DNA of 64,000 bases from the NCBI GenBank assembly GCA_015486075.1, contig WFSG01000032.1:13794-77793 (forward strand). The letters run 5' to 3'. A program made the position numbers and the translations under genes. The notes beneath the pieces are model-generated. The model was not told the DNA's origin and ran no database searches. It saw only the letters and a list, made by a program, of their open reading frames with translations. This stretch comes from Deltaproteobacteria bacterium. Lineage in GTDB: Bacteria > Desulfobacterota > Desulfomonilia > UBA1062. Shown here in pieces: positions 41,250-50,925 of the stretch; within the stretch, counting starts at the first letter, position 1; each line of letters starts with the position of its first letter.

Positions 41250-42064
41250 TGAATATCACTGGTAAAACTACCGTCTTTACAATACTGGCTCATCCATCTT
41301 CAAACGTTGTTGCACCTCTTGTGTACAACGAGTTGTTTCGTAGCCTTGGTCTTGATATGGTATACATTGCACACGATGTGTCTCCTGACGCAATCCCTAC
41401 CACGGTGAGGTCCTTTTCAGCGTGGGAAAACCTAGGTGGATTTAACGTAACCGTACCACACAAGGAAACAGTTGCTGGTCTACTAGACGGGAAGTGCCCC
41501 ATAACGTCTCGTATTGGCGTGGTCAACACGGTCGTAAGGCTCAAAGATAGCGCTCTCTATGGGTACAACACGGATGGAATAGGAGCACTTAATGCCCTAG
41601 GCGACGTGAAGGGCGCTAAATGTCTTGTTTTGGGTGCCGGGGGTGCAGGTAGGTCCATTGTAGATGCCCTTATACATGGAGGTGCCAGTTCTATTTATAT
41701 ACTGAACAGGTCTAACGAGAGGGTCAGCAGGGCGATAGACATATTCGGGGAGAAAAGGGTTAAGATCTTCCGTGAAGATGTACTTGGTGACATTGATGTG
41801 GTTGTGCAGGCAACATCTCTTTCCGATACCATTCCTTTTGATCTGAATATGGAAAGGATTAAGAAAGGTGCTAGGTGCCTTGAGATCGTGATGAGGAAGA
41901 CCGCATTTTACGAGAGGGCATTGAGCTTGGGTTTTGAGGTAATACCGGGGCACAGGATGCTATTCGGCCAGACAAGACAGAATTTCAAGCTATTCACGGG
42001 CATAGACATATCAGCGGATATCATAAAGAAGGCTTTTGAACGCATCGGGTACGCAATTGTCTGA
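41249..42064 (+). CDS. aroE: Shikimate dehydrogenase.
   Basis: NVTVPHKE substrate motif. GAGGAGRS NADP-binding. Confidence 0.8.
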   Translation: MNITGKTTVFTILAHPSSNVVAPLVYNELFRSLGLDMVYIAHDVSPDAIPTTVRSFSAWENLGGFNVTVPHKETVAGLLDGKCPITSRIGVVNTVVRLKDSALYGYNTDGIGALNALGDVKGAKCLVLGAGGAGRSIVDALIHGGASSIYILNRSNERVSRAIDIFGEKRVKIFREDVLGDIDVVVQATSLSDTIPFDLNMERIKKGARCLEIVMRKTAFYERALSLGFEVIPGHRMLFGQTRQNFKLFTGIDISADIIKKAFERIGYAIV

Positions 42065-42237
42065 GTATTCCTTTTTTTAGCCTAGATTGTCTATAGGGCG
42101 ACACCCAGAAGCTTTGTTCTGGGTAGGCTAATAACTGTTGTATATAGATTTCCCGCAAGACCTAAGTAGTTGGTTGACGCGACGCGTAACAGGTTTTATC
42201 GGTTGACTTTGGTCAGGCAGCGATTTATGATTACAAC

Positions 42238-42438
42238 ATGTCTGCTGATAGATCGTTGTGCTCGATATGTGCGTGGAGAAATGAATGTAAAAAAAGGTTC
42301 AGGCCGGGTGCTGGTATAAATTGCCCCGATTTTACAAGGGATCTGACAATAAAGACTGAAGATGAAAAAGACTTAGACTCAAAAGGAGAAGGTAAAACCT
42401 CTGAATCTAAGACCAAGAAAAAGCTGTGGCCTATATAG
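42238..42438 (+). CDS. Small Cys4 protein with a Lys/Glu/Asp-rich tail (66 aa).
   Basis: CSIC-x5-C-x11-C pattern. Convergent with the downstream secreted protein. Coding status uncertain. Confidence 0.3.
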   Translation: MSADRSLCSICAWRNECKKRFRPGAGINCPDFTRDLTIKTEDEKDLDSKGEGKTSESKTKKKLWPI

Positions 42439-42444
42439 CTAGGC

Positions 42445-43761
42445 TTAATGTGGCTGCAGTTTAATAAATATAAGTTTACTCTTTTTCTTATTAGTGATTA
42501 CTGCTAGCAGTTTTCCTTGGTAGAGAGATATATCAGCGCAATAGCCGTATGATAGCCTGGCTAAGGTGTTTTCTTCCATTCCTAGGTCGCTCCATTTGTA
42601 GCTAAGTATCCTGCATGAGCTATAATTCACGAGGCTACCTATCAAACGGTTCAGCAAGTTCCCGTTTGAGAATGTAATGATATCTTTTGACGGTGTAACA
42701 ATAATCCTCGGTGGTAAGTAATATCTTTGTTCACGTTGATAGGTTGATGCCCTCTTATCGCTGTTACGTATCTTACCACCTGCAACCCAATACTTGGCCT
42801 CTAGGTAAGTAGGTATACCCCCTATTGTGTTATCGCTCATGTATAAAATATTGTTCCTATTTTTTATCTCCAACCTTGATTCCTTGCTAAGTGTTATCAG
42901 CTCAGGGCCCGGTGAATCTGGTATCACATCTACGCTCATTGTAGATAGAAGGTCACTGCCTTCTGGAGGTATATAGGGATTACCTTCTACAACGCGGATA
43001 GCAGTCCACCTGTTGGGCGTCTGCGTGATGTCAGGTGGTATAATGAGTCTTGCTGAGATAAGCCCGTCTCCGCTCTTTATAACGGCTGTAAGCCACCTGT
43101 CCACGATTTTCCCGTCTCTTATTCTGTAGGATAAAAATTCGCCCGTGTGCTTGACAAGGGCAATTATAGAGTCTTTGTAGGTGTACAGCCTTACAGGCTC
43201 TTGGTACTTGGGGGCCTTCCACCAGGGCTTGAGGCCGTTGTCGTCCACTGTGTATATCCCCCTATTATCGGATAAGAATATCTTTCCTCGCAAGATAGTG
43301 ACAGAAGTAACCCCTATGGGCAGGTCTTTGTACCAGCTTACTTGGCCTTCTTTCTTTCGCGGAGGTACAATGCCAGGAGCTTTTATAGGAGGCCTTTCCT
43401 TCCGGGGTAAGCTAGGCAATGCCTTTATAAATACGTCATTAACCATCTCATCAAGGGTTTTGGGTATCTCGTTTATGGTTTTCAGGTCTTTGTGAAAGGC
43501 GCGTGGTGGTTTAGTATCCAGTATTGCATCAAAGGATAGCGTATTACCAATCCGGTAGATTGATACCTCAAGGGTGTACTTCATGGAGACATCCACCCCC
43601 TTGCTTATACACCTGGCAAGTATACTCGTTTTTATTGATTGTTTAAGAGGGGCTAGGTCCTTTGGTCCTACTGTCTCAACCTTTATATCAAGGGCATAAC
43701 TATTTATGGCCGTAAAGGTTACTATAAACAGCATTCCTAGGTATATAGGATATTTTTTCAT
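42445..43761 (-). CDS. Exported hypothetical protein (438 aa).
   Basis: N-terminal signal peptide (LGMLFIVTFTAINSYA|LD). No family recognised. Confidence 0.55.
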   Translation of the reverse strand: MKKYPIYLGMLFIVTFTAINSYALDIKVETVGPKDLAPLKQSIKTSILARCISKGVDVSMKYTLEVSIYRIGNTLSFDAILDTKPPRAFHKDLKTINEIPKTLDEMVNDVFIKALPSLPRKERPPIKAPGIVPPRKKEGQVSWYKDLPIGVTSVTILRGKIFLSDNRGIYTVDDNGLKPWWKAPKYQEPVRLYTYKDSIIALVKHTGEFLSYRIRDGKIVDRWLTAVIKSGDGLISARLIIPPDITQTPNRWTAIRVVEGNPYIPPEGSDLLSTMSVDVIPDSPGPELITLSKESRLEIKNRNNILYMSDNTIGGIPTYLEAKYWVAGGKIRNSDKRASTYQREQRYYLPPRIIVTPSKDIITFSNGNLLNRLIGSLVNYSSCRILSYKWSDLGMEENTLARLSYGYCADISLYQGKLLAVITNKKKSKLIFIKLQPH

Positions 43762-43877
43762 AGTCTGATCAACCCCCTTGTGTGACTTTATTATTCAGGC
43801 ATTTTTATTAGTATGCAGCATAGAATAACATATAGGCCAAAAGCAATAGCAATTTATGAATGACCGCTCATTTTTCC

Positions 43878-43906
43878 TTGACACTCACCGTATGTTTGGT
43901 TATATT
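43878..43906 (+). promoter_or_regulatory. Sigma-70 consensus-like promoter, TTGACA-17-TATATT, upstream of acs.
   Basis: Exact -35 hexamer, 17-nt spacer, near-consensus -10, located 46 nt before the acs ATG. Confidence 0.4.
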
Positions 43907-43952
43907 CCATTAGACAAAATCACTCTACTAAAAATTTCGAGGAGGTAAATCA

Positions 43953-45992
43953 ATGGCAGATGAAAAAGAGGTCCTAGAACCAACAGAAGCAGAGATTGGT
44001 GTACATTGGCAGGAGGAGGATCTTGTCTATCCTTCTGTTGAGTTCATTGGTCAGGCAAATGTAACGGACAGGGGTATCTATGACAGGTTTAGTCTAGACA
44101 ACTTCCCTGAATGCTACAAGGAATATGCAGATATGCTTGACTGGTACGAGTATTGGCATACAACCCTTGACACTAGTAATGCGCCTTTCTGGAAGTGGTT
44201 TGTGGGTGGTAAGATCAATGCTAGTTACAACTGCGTTGATAGGCATCTCAAGAACAACAAGAATAAGACGGCCATACACTTTGTGCCCGAGCCAGAAAAT
44301 GAGGCCGTACAGCATGTCACCTATCAGGAGCTTTTTGTTAGGGTAAACGAGTTTGCTGCCCTGTTAGAAGACTTTGCAGGCGTTAAGAAAGGCGACGTTG
44401 TGACCTTCCACCTTCCCATGGTGTCTGATCTTCCGGTCTCCATGCTGGCCTGTGCAAGACTGGGTGTGATTCACTCAGAGGTCTTTGGTGGTTTCACAGG
44501 TGGTGCCTGTGCAACAAGGATGGTGGACTCAAATAGCCGTATACTGGTTACAATCGATGGTTACTACCGTAATGGAAGGTTCATTGATCACAAGAAAAAC
44601 GCCGACGAAGCAGTAAAGGCTGCTGAGAAAGAGGGCCTCAAGGTAGATAAGGTCCTGATCTGGGAGCGTTACCCTGGCAAGTACTCGAGTGAGTCGCCTC
44701 TTGTAGAGGGTAGGGACTACATTATAAATGACCTGCTCAAGGACTACCGTGGAAAGAGGGTCGATCCCGTACCAATGCCTGCTGAAGATCCATTGTTCCT
44801 TATGTACACAAGTGGAACAACCGGAAAGCCAAAGGGCGTGCAGCACTCTACTGGCGGTTACCTTGCCTATGTAACAGGTACGTCCAAGTACATACAGGAC
44901 ATTCATCCAGAGGACGTATACTGGTGCATGGCAGACATAGGATGGATAACTGGTCACTCTTACATAGTCTATGGTCCGCTGGCACTTTGTGCTTCGACCG
45001 TAATCTACGAAGGTGTTCCAACCTATCCAGATGCTGGTAGGCCATGGAGAATAGCAGAGGAACTCGATGTGAATATCTTCCATACCGCGCCTACCACGAT
45101 TAGAGGACTCAGAAAGGTTGGCCCGGACGAGCCACAGAAGTACAACTACCACTTCAAGCATATGACAACGGTTGGTGAGCCAATAGAACCAGAGGTCTGG
45201 AAATGGTACTACGAGGTGGTGGGTAAGAAAGAGGCCATTATCTGTGACACTTGGTGGCAGACAGAGACAGGTGGATTCCTGTGCAGCACGGTGCCTGCGA
45301 TCACTCCGATGAAACCAGGAAGTGCCGGTCCAGGTGTGCCAGGTATACATCCTGTTGTATACGACGATGATGGTAATGAGATTCCTGCAGGTAGCGGTAG
45401 GGCAGGAAACGTGTGCATAAGGAACCCTTGGCCAGGTCTTATGCAGACCATTTGGGGCAATCCGGAACGTTACGTCAGTGATTACTTCGCAAGATACTGT
45501 AAGGATAAAAACAGCAAGGATTGGAAAGACTGGCCATACTTTAGTAACGACGGTGGTGTACAGTCAGAAGATGGATATATCCGTATTCTAGGCAGGGTGG
45601 ACGACGTAATAAATGTATCCGGCCATAGGCTTGGTACAAAGGAGATAGAATCTGCGGCCCTAACAGTGGAAGAGGTTGCAGAATCCGCTGTCGTTCCAGT
45701 AGCCGATGACCTCAAGGGAAGGGTACCGGATCTCTACGTGTCCTTGAAACCTGGTTATGAGGCAAGTGAGGACATAGCCAAAAGAGTCTCCGACGCTGTC
45801 AGCGAGATAATAGGTAAGATCGCAAAGCCTAGGAAGGTCTGGATAGTACCTGATATGCCCAAGACACGTTCAGGCAAGATCATGCGCAGGGTACTAGGGG
45901 CCATTTCAAATGGTAAGGATGTCGGCGATACAACGACATTGGCAAACGGAGAGGTTATTCCGGAGATCCAGAAGATAGTGCAGGGTAAGTAA
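43953..45992 (+). CDS. acs: Acetyl-CoA synthetase (AMP-forming).
   Basis: N-terminal WFVGGKINASYNCVDRH, AMP motif YTSGTTGKPKGV, WWQTETG, C-terminal PKTRSGKIMRR. Confidence 0.85.
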   Translation: MADEKEVLEPTEAEIGVHWQEEDLVYPSVEFIGQANVTDRGIYDRFSLDNFPECYKEYADMLDWYEYWHTTLDTSNAPFWKWFVGGKINASYNCVDRHLKNNKNKTAIHFVPEPENEAVQHVTYQELFVRVNEFAALLEDFAGVKKGDVVTFHLPMVSDLPVSMLACARLGVIHSEVFGGFTGGACATRMVDSNSRILVTIDGYYRNGRFIDHKKNADEAVKAAEKEGLKVDKVLIWERYPGKYSSESPLVEGRDYIINDLLKDYRGKRVDPVPMPAEDPLFLMYTSGTTGKPKGVQHSTGGYLAYVTGTSKYIQDIHPEDVYWCMADIGWITGHSYIVYGPLALCASTVIYEGVPTYPDAGRPWRIAEELDVNIFHTAPTTIRGLRKVGPDEPQKYNYHFKHMTTVGEPIEPEVWKWYYEVVGKKEAIICDTWWQTETGGFLCSTVPAITPMKPGSAGPGVPGIHPVVYDDDGNEIPAGSGRAGNVCIRNPWPGLMQTIWGNPERYVSDYFARYCKDKNSKDWKDWPYFSNDGGVQSEDGYIRILGRVDDVINVSGHRLGTKEIESAALTVEEVAESAVVPVADDLKGRVPDLYVSLKPGYEASEDIAKRVSDAVSEIIGKIAKPRKVWIVPDMPKTRSGKIMRRVLGAISNGKDVGDTTTLANGEVIPEIQKIVQGK

Positions 45993-46280
45993 ATATATTG
46001 CCTTGCATCCTTATGGATATGACTGTTGCCAATGCTTTAGGGCAAGGATGGTTTGTATCAGCAAGTATAAGGGGCATAGAGGTCTGTTGTTAGCAGGTGT
46101 ACGTTTTGTACAGGATCTCCATTTATTCGGCTTTTATGTCCCAGTTGCTTATGGACAGGCCAGAGAAAGCAAGATAGGCATTGGTAGTATAATTAAGGAG
46201 GGTTTGTGGTTTTTCCATGAGCCCTCTGTTCTTAACATGGTATCTTTTCTTTTTTGTGCGTTTATCTCAAGGGGAATAGT

Positions 46281-46886
46281 ATGAAGGGTGAGGAAAAGTA
46301 CAGGATGATTCTTAATGCTGCGAAGAATGTGTTTGCTAGAGAGGGCTTTTATAATTCAAAGGTCTCTGAGATAGCAAAGGAAGCGCATGTAGCAGACGGA
46401 ACTATCTACTTATACTTCAAAAATAAGGATGACATCCTGATATCCCTTTTTGAGGAAGAGCTTACTCATATAATTAATTTAGTTAAAGGGGAGATCGATT
46501 GTATATCAGATCCTAGGGAAAAGTTAGTAAGGTTCTGTAACATACATCTAGGGCTAGTAGAGTCTGATAGGGCCCTGGCTGAGGTAATACAGGTAGAGCT
46601 TCGCCAGTCTAACAAGTTCATGCGGGAATATAAGAATAAGCACTTTCTTGCCTATCTAAATATAATAGCTGACATAGTAAACCAAGGGAAAGAGCAAGGC
46701 ATATTCAGAGATGATGTAAAGTCTGACGTAGTTGCACGCATGGTCTTTGGATCACTTGATGAGATTTCCACATACCTGGTAACAACTAGGAGAAGGCGCT
46801 TTGACTCGTACGAGGTTGCAGAGATGGTGGGGAATATATTCCTGGGTGGATTGGCGCAAGATACGCAGAATACAGGAAAGGGCTAG
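46281..46886 (+). CDS. TetR family regulator (FadR-like), probable regulator of the downstream beta-oxidation genes.
   Basis: N-terminal HTH (ILNAAKNVFAREGFYNSKVSEIAKEAHVADGTIYLYF). Position. Confidence 0.8.
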   Translation: MKGEEKYRMILNAAKNVFAREGFYNSKVSEIAKEAHVADGTIYLYFKNKDDILISLFEEELTHIINLVKGEIDCISDPREKLVRFCNIHLGLVESDRALAEVIQVELRQSNKFMREYKNKHFLAYLNIIADIVNQGKEQGIFRDDVKSDVVARMVFGSLDEISTYLVTTRRRRFDSYEVAEMVGNIFLGGLAQDTQNTGKG

Positions 46887-46891
46887 TAGAA

Positions 46892-48865
46892 ATGGAAATA
46901 AAGAGGGCTGCCGTAATTGGTGGCGGGACAATGGGTGGTAGCATAGCACATGTCCTGACTGCTGCCGGGATTGAGTGTTTCGTAAAAGACATAGAGCAGA
47001 GATTCATAGTTAAGGCCTTGGAGCATTCCAAGGGTATATACACCAACCTTGTAGAGAAGGGCAGACTTACCAGTGATAAGGCAGACCAAGCAATGGGCTT
47101 ATTGAAAGGTGGCACAGAATATGACGAGGAATTTTTCTCGGATGTTGACCTTGTGATAGAGGCCGTGCCAGAGGTCATGAATATAAAGAAACAGATCTTC
47201 AAAGATCTGGACAGTCTGTGTCCCGATAGGACTATATTTGCAACAAATACCTCTACGCTCTCCATTACCGAGATGTCCTCACAGCTCGGTAGAAGGGACC
47301 GCTTTGCTGGATTGCATTTCTTTAATCCTGCCCACGTTATGAAGCTGGTTGAGGTGATTTACGACGAAAATACATCTAGGGAAACCATTGACACACTTAC
47401 TCACCTTTCCCTCTTGGTGGGCAAGGTCCCTATTAAGGTAAGGAATGCCCCGGGCTTTGTGGTTAACAGGATACTCATACCCTATATGAACGAGGCTGTG
47501 TTAGCCCTTGAAGAAGGTAGCGGGTCCATTGAAGTAATAGACGATGCCATGAAGTCTTTTGGGATGCCTATGGGGCCTTTTGAACTCTGGGACCTAGTAG
47601 GCTTGGACGTAGGCCTTCATGCATCTGAGACGCTGGAAAGGGCTTTTGGTCCGAGGACACCTGTTCCTGATCTCCTGAGAAAATTAGTAGAGAAGAATAA
47701 CTTTGGCCGGAAAGCAGGCAAGGGGTTTTACGATTACTCGGGTAGCAAGAAGACTGTCTCCAAGGAAGTAAGGGAGATGCTGAAGGACCGGCAAAAAAAG
47801 AAGGCTAAAGGTCCAGCCTTCAGGCCCTCTAGGTTACTTGCAGTCCAGGTAAGGGAAGCCCTGTATATCTTGGTTGAGGGTATTGCCTCTGCAAACGACA
47901 TAGATACGGGCATGGTGTATGGCACAAATTTTCCCACCGGTGTTGCATGGGGTCCTCTGCATTATGCGGAATATAAGGCAGGCTGGGACAGGTTAATGTC
48001 CTGGTTTGAGGATTACGAGGCAAGTGTTAGCAAGGAGCGTTACTCAGTCCCTGACATCATTGATTCCCTTGTAGATGGAGAAAGTGTATTCGCAAACTGT
48101 ACGTACGAAGTTGATAAAGATGGCGTAGCGTTAATGGTCATTGATAATCCTCCAATGAATACACTTAACAAGAAGACAGTAAACGATATAACAATGACAA
48201 TGCAACAGGCATTGGCAGACAATAGAGTAAGGGCCGTCGTGATAACGGGTAAGGGTAGAGCTTTCATAGCGGGTGCCGATATAACCGAAATCAAGGCCAT
48301 GAAAAACCACGATGATGCAGTAAGACTCGCTAGGTCTGGATACAGGATGACAAACACGATAGAAAGGTCGGATAAACCTGTTATTGCAGCAATAAACGGG
48401 TTCTGCCTAGGTGGTGGCCTAGAGTTAGCCATGGCCTGCCATATAAGGATAGCATCGGAGAAGGCAAGGCTGGGTCTACCCGAGATAACACTGGGTATAA
48501 TACCAGGTTTCGCAGGTACGCAGAGGCTCCCCAGGATAGTAGGTAAGGCCAAGGCCCTAGAAGCCATACTAACTGGTAGGCATTACACTGCAGACGAGGC
48601 CTATAACATGGGCCTGGTAAACAGGGTGGTGGCACATGCCGATCTTGTGGAAGAAGCAAATGACCTTGCCAGGGAAATGGCCACAAAGGGAAGGCTAGCT
48701 GTGAGCGCTGCTATTGATGCCGTTATGAGAGGCATGGAGGCTAGCTTTGATGATGGTTGTTCGATAGAGAGTGAAAATTTTGCAAGGGTAGCTTTGAGTA
48801 AGGATGCCAAGGAAGGTTTGGATGCGTTTTTGTCCAAGCGCAAGCCCGTTTTCAAGGATATTTAG
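46892..48865 (+). CDS. Fused 3-hydroxyacyl-CoA dehydrogenase (N-terminal) / enoyl-CoA hydratase (C-terminal).
   Basis: NAD-binding VIGGGTMGGSIA. 3HCDH C-terminal domain. Crotonase-fold C-terminus (AAINGFCLGGGLELAMAC). Confidence 0.85.
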   Translation: MEIKRAAVIGGGTMGGSIAHVLTAAGIECFVKDIEQRFIVKALEHSKGIYTNLVEKGRLTSDKADQAMGLLKGGTEYDEEFFSDVDLVIEAVPEVMNIKKQIFKDLDSLCPDRTIFATNTSTLSITEMSSQLGRRDRFAGLHFFNPAHVMKLVEVIYDENTSRETIDTLTHLSLLVGKVPIKVRNAPGFVVNRILIPYMNEAVLALEEGSGSIEVIDDAMKSFGMPMGPFELWDLVGLDVGLHASETLERAFGPRTPVPDLLRKLVEKNNFGRKAGKGFYDYSGSKKTVSKEVREMLKDRQKKKAKGPAFRPSRLLAVQVREALYILVEGIASANDIDTGMVYGTNFPTGVAWGPLHYAEYKAGWDRLMSWFEDYEASVSKERYSVPDIIDSLVDGESVFANCTYEVDKDGVALMVIDNPPMNTLNKKTVNDITMTMQQALADNRVRAVVITGKGRAFIAGADITEIKAMKNHDDAVRLARSGYRMTNTIERSDKPVIAAINGFCLGGGLELAMACHIRIASEKARLGLPEITLGIIPGFAGTQRLPRIVGKAKALEAILTGRHYTADEAYNMGLVNRVVAHADLVEEANDLAREMATKGRLAVSAAIDAVMRGMEASFDDGCSIESENFARVALSKDAKEGLDAFLSKRKPVFKDI

Positions 48866-48904
48866 AGGGTGTAAGGAGTTTCTCAAGTATGCAAGGAGGG
48901 AGAT

Positions 48905-50047
48905 ATGGATTTTGAGTTCAGTGACGAGATGAAAATGCTAAGGGAGACTGCAGGTGATTTTGCCAAAAATGAGTTCGAGCCTATTGCCCAAGATCTTGAC
49001 AGGGAAGAAAAGTATCCCAAGGATGTATGGAAAAAGGCGTCGGGCCTGGGACTTATAGGTGCATGGATACCTGAAGAATACGGTGGTTCCGGAGTAGGAT
49101 TCCTAGGTAATGCAATCATTACCGAGGAGTTCTCAAGGGTCGATCTTGGAATGTCCCTTATTATTGCGGGTACATTTGGTTGCGAGGCCATATACTGGGC
49201 AGGCACTGAAGAACAGAAAAAGAGGTACCTTTCCCAGGTCTCCCAGGGAGAGGCGATAAGCGCCGGTGCGTTTACAGAACCAGATGCAGGTACAGATGTA
49301 GCAGGTGCCAGGACAAGGGCAGTAAAAGATGGTGATGAATATGTAATAAACGGTAACAAGATGTTCATCACCAACGGTGATGTGTGCGATTTCATGGTAA
49401 CCCTTTGCGTGACCAACCCTGATGCAGAGAAAAGGTACAAGAAGCATTCGCTCATTATAGTGGAGAGCGACAGGCCTGGTGTTATTGCCACCAAGATTCA
49501 CGGTAAGATGGGTATAAGGGCATCTGATACCGCTGAAATTAGTTTCGAAGATGTAAGGGTTCCGGTTTCAAACCTCGTGGGGGAAACTGAGGGTCAAGGT
49601 TTCTACCAGGCAATGCAGTTTTTTGACACCACGCGTATCATGGTATCCGCTCAGGGTGTGGGGCTTGCACAGGGTGCCCTGGACAAGGCCATACAGTACG
49701 TAAAGGAAAGGAAAGCATTTGGCGTGCCCATTGCCAGCTTCCAGATTACGCAACAGAAGATAGCAGAGATGGCTATGAGGGTGGAGGCAACCAGAAATCT
49801 CGTTTACAAGAGCGCGTGGTACCTGGATAACCACAAGGTGGATCCTATCCTGAACTCTATAACCAAGTATTATGCAGGTGAGACAGCAGTATTCTGTGCC
49901 AATTACGCGGTGGAGCTGCACGGTGGATATGGATATATCGACGAGTATGACGTACAGCGTTTCTACAGAGATGCCAAGATACTGCAGCTGTACGAGGGAA
50001 CCAAGGAAGCAGAGGTTCTTACAATAGCGAGGAGGCTATTGGTATAG
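48905..50047 (+). CDS. Acyl-CoA dehydrogenase.
   Basis: ACAD N/M/C domain pattern (FTEPDAGTDVAG; catalytic YEGT..AE near the C-terminus). Confidence 0.9.
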   Translation: MDFEFSDEMKMLRETAGDFAKNEFEPIAQDLDREEKYPKDVWKKASGLGLIGAWIPEEYGGSGVGFLGNAIITEEFSRVDLGMSLIIAGTFGCEAIYWAGTEEQKKRYLSQVSQGEAISAGAFTEPDAGTDVAGARTRAVKDGDEYVINGNKMFITNGDVCDFMVTLCVTNPDAEKRYKKHSLIIVESDRPGVIATKIHGKMGIRASDTAEISFEDVRVPVSNLVGETEGQGFYQAMQFFDTTRIMVSAQGVGLAQGALDKAIQYVKERKAFGVPIASFQITQQKIAEMAMRVEATRNLVYKSAWYLDNHKVDPILNSITKYYAGETAVFCANYAVELHGGYGYIDEYDVQRFYRDAKILQLYEGTKEAEVLTIARRLLV

Positions 50048-50133
50048 AGAGCCTTGGCCAGTTGGCTTTTAAGGACAAGGGATAAAGGAAACAAAGGCAT
50101 TTATGCCTTAAAAAAACTGGAAGGAGGTTGGAT

Positions 50134-50916
50134 GTGAATACAGTTGTTTGTATGAAACAAGTACCTGACACTGAGACATTGATCAAGATCAATCCAGAGG
50201 GTACAGGTATTGTCACAGAGGGTATTAAGTGGGTTATGTGCCCTTACGACGAGTATGCCGTAGAAGAGGCATTGCAGCAGAAGGAGAAGTTCAAGGCAGG
50301 AAAAGTCACCATAGTTTCTCTAGGGCCTGACAGGGCCATTGAGGCAATAAGGACTGGTCTTGCCATGGGTGCTGATACTGCCGTACATATCAATGACGCT
50401 GCATTTTACGAGAAGGCTGATCCCTATGCTACGGCAGCCGCACTAGCAGCGGCGGTAAAAGATCTGGAGTATGATGCTATTTTTTGCGGGAAGCAGGCGA
50501 TAGATGATGATTCAGGACAGGTACCTGCTATCCTAGGTGAGTTACTAGGCCTACCCGTTGTTACGCTTGTCGTTAAGTTGGAGGTGTCAGAGGACAAGAC
50601 AAAGGCAGTTGCAACCAGGGAGGTTGAAGGTGGTCACGCAGTGGTAGAGGTTAGCCTACCTGCTATATTTTCCGCTCAAAAGGGTCTTAATGAGCCAAGG
50701 TATGCATCCTTGCCGGGTATTATGAAGGCCAAGAAAAAGCCTGTTGATGTGAAGACCGTCTCGGACCTGGGAGTGAGCGTTGAGCCTATGACTGCTATAA
50801 AGGAGATGTCTTTACCTCCTGCAAGACAGGCAGGTAAGATTCTGGAAGGCGAGGATGCTGTGGAAAAGGCAAAAGCTTTAGCAAAGGCCTTGCATGAGGA
50901 AGCAAAGCTCATCTAA
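50134..50916 (+). CDS. etfB: Electron transfer flavoprotein beta subunit.
   Basis: N-terminus (V)NTVVCMKQVPD. Start placed at a GTG 6 nt after AGGAGG. The in-frame TTG at 50128 is also possible. Confidence 0.85.
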   Translation: MNTVVCMKQVPDTETLIKINPEGTGIVTEGIKWVMCPYDEYAVEEALQQKEKFKAGKVTIVSLGPDRAIEAIRTGLAMGADTAVHINDAAFYEKADPYATAAALAAAVKDLEYDAIFCGKQAIDDDSGQVPAILGELLGLPVVTLVVKLEVSEDKTKAVATREVEGGHAVVEVSLPAIFSAQKGLNEPRYASLPGIMKAKKKPVDVKTVSDLGVSVEPMTAIKEMSLPPARQAGKILEGEDAVEKAKALAKALHEEAKLI

Positions 50917-50925
50917 ACTGAGGAG

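Noticed and set aside
44529-45350. 273-aa antisense ORF inside acs.
   Set aside because: Fully embedded opposite a highly conserved enzyme gene. Composition is Trp/Cys/His-rich and atypical of real proteins.
46786-49494. Several 100-200-aa minus-strand ORFs overlapping the TetR/FadB-like/ACAD genes.
   Set aside because: Antisense to well-supported plus-strand genes, with proline/serine-rich low-complexity translations.
50066-50120. Hairpin AAGGCA-TTTA-TGCCTT between the acyl-CoA dehydrogenase gene and etfB.
   Set aside because: Followed by an A-run rather than a U-run, so not a canonical terminator in either orientation. Possibly just an mRNA secondary structure.
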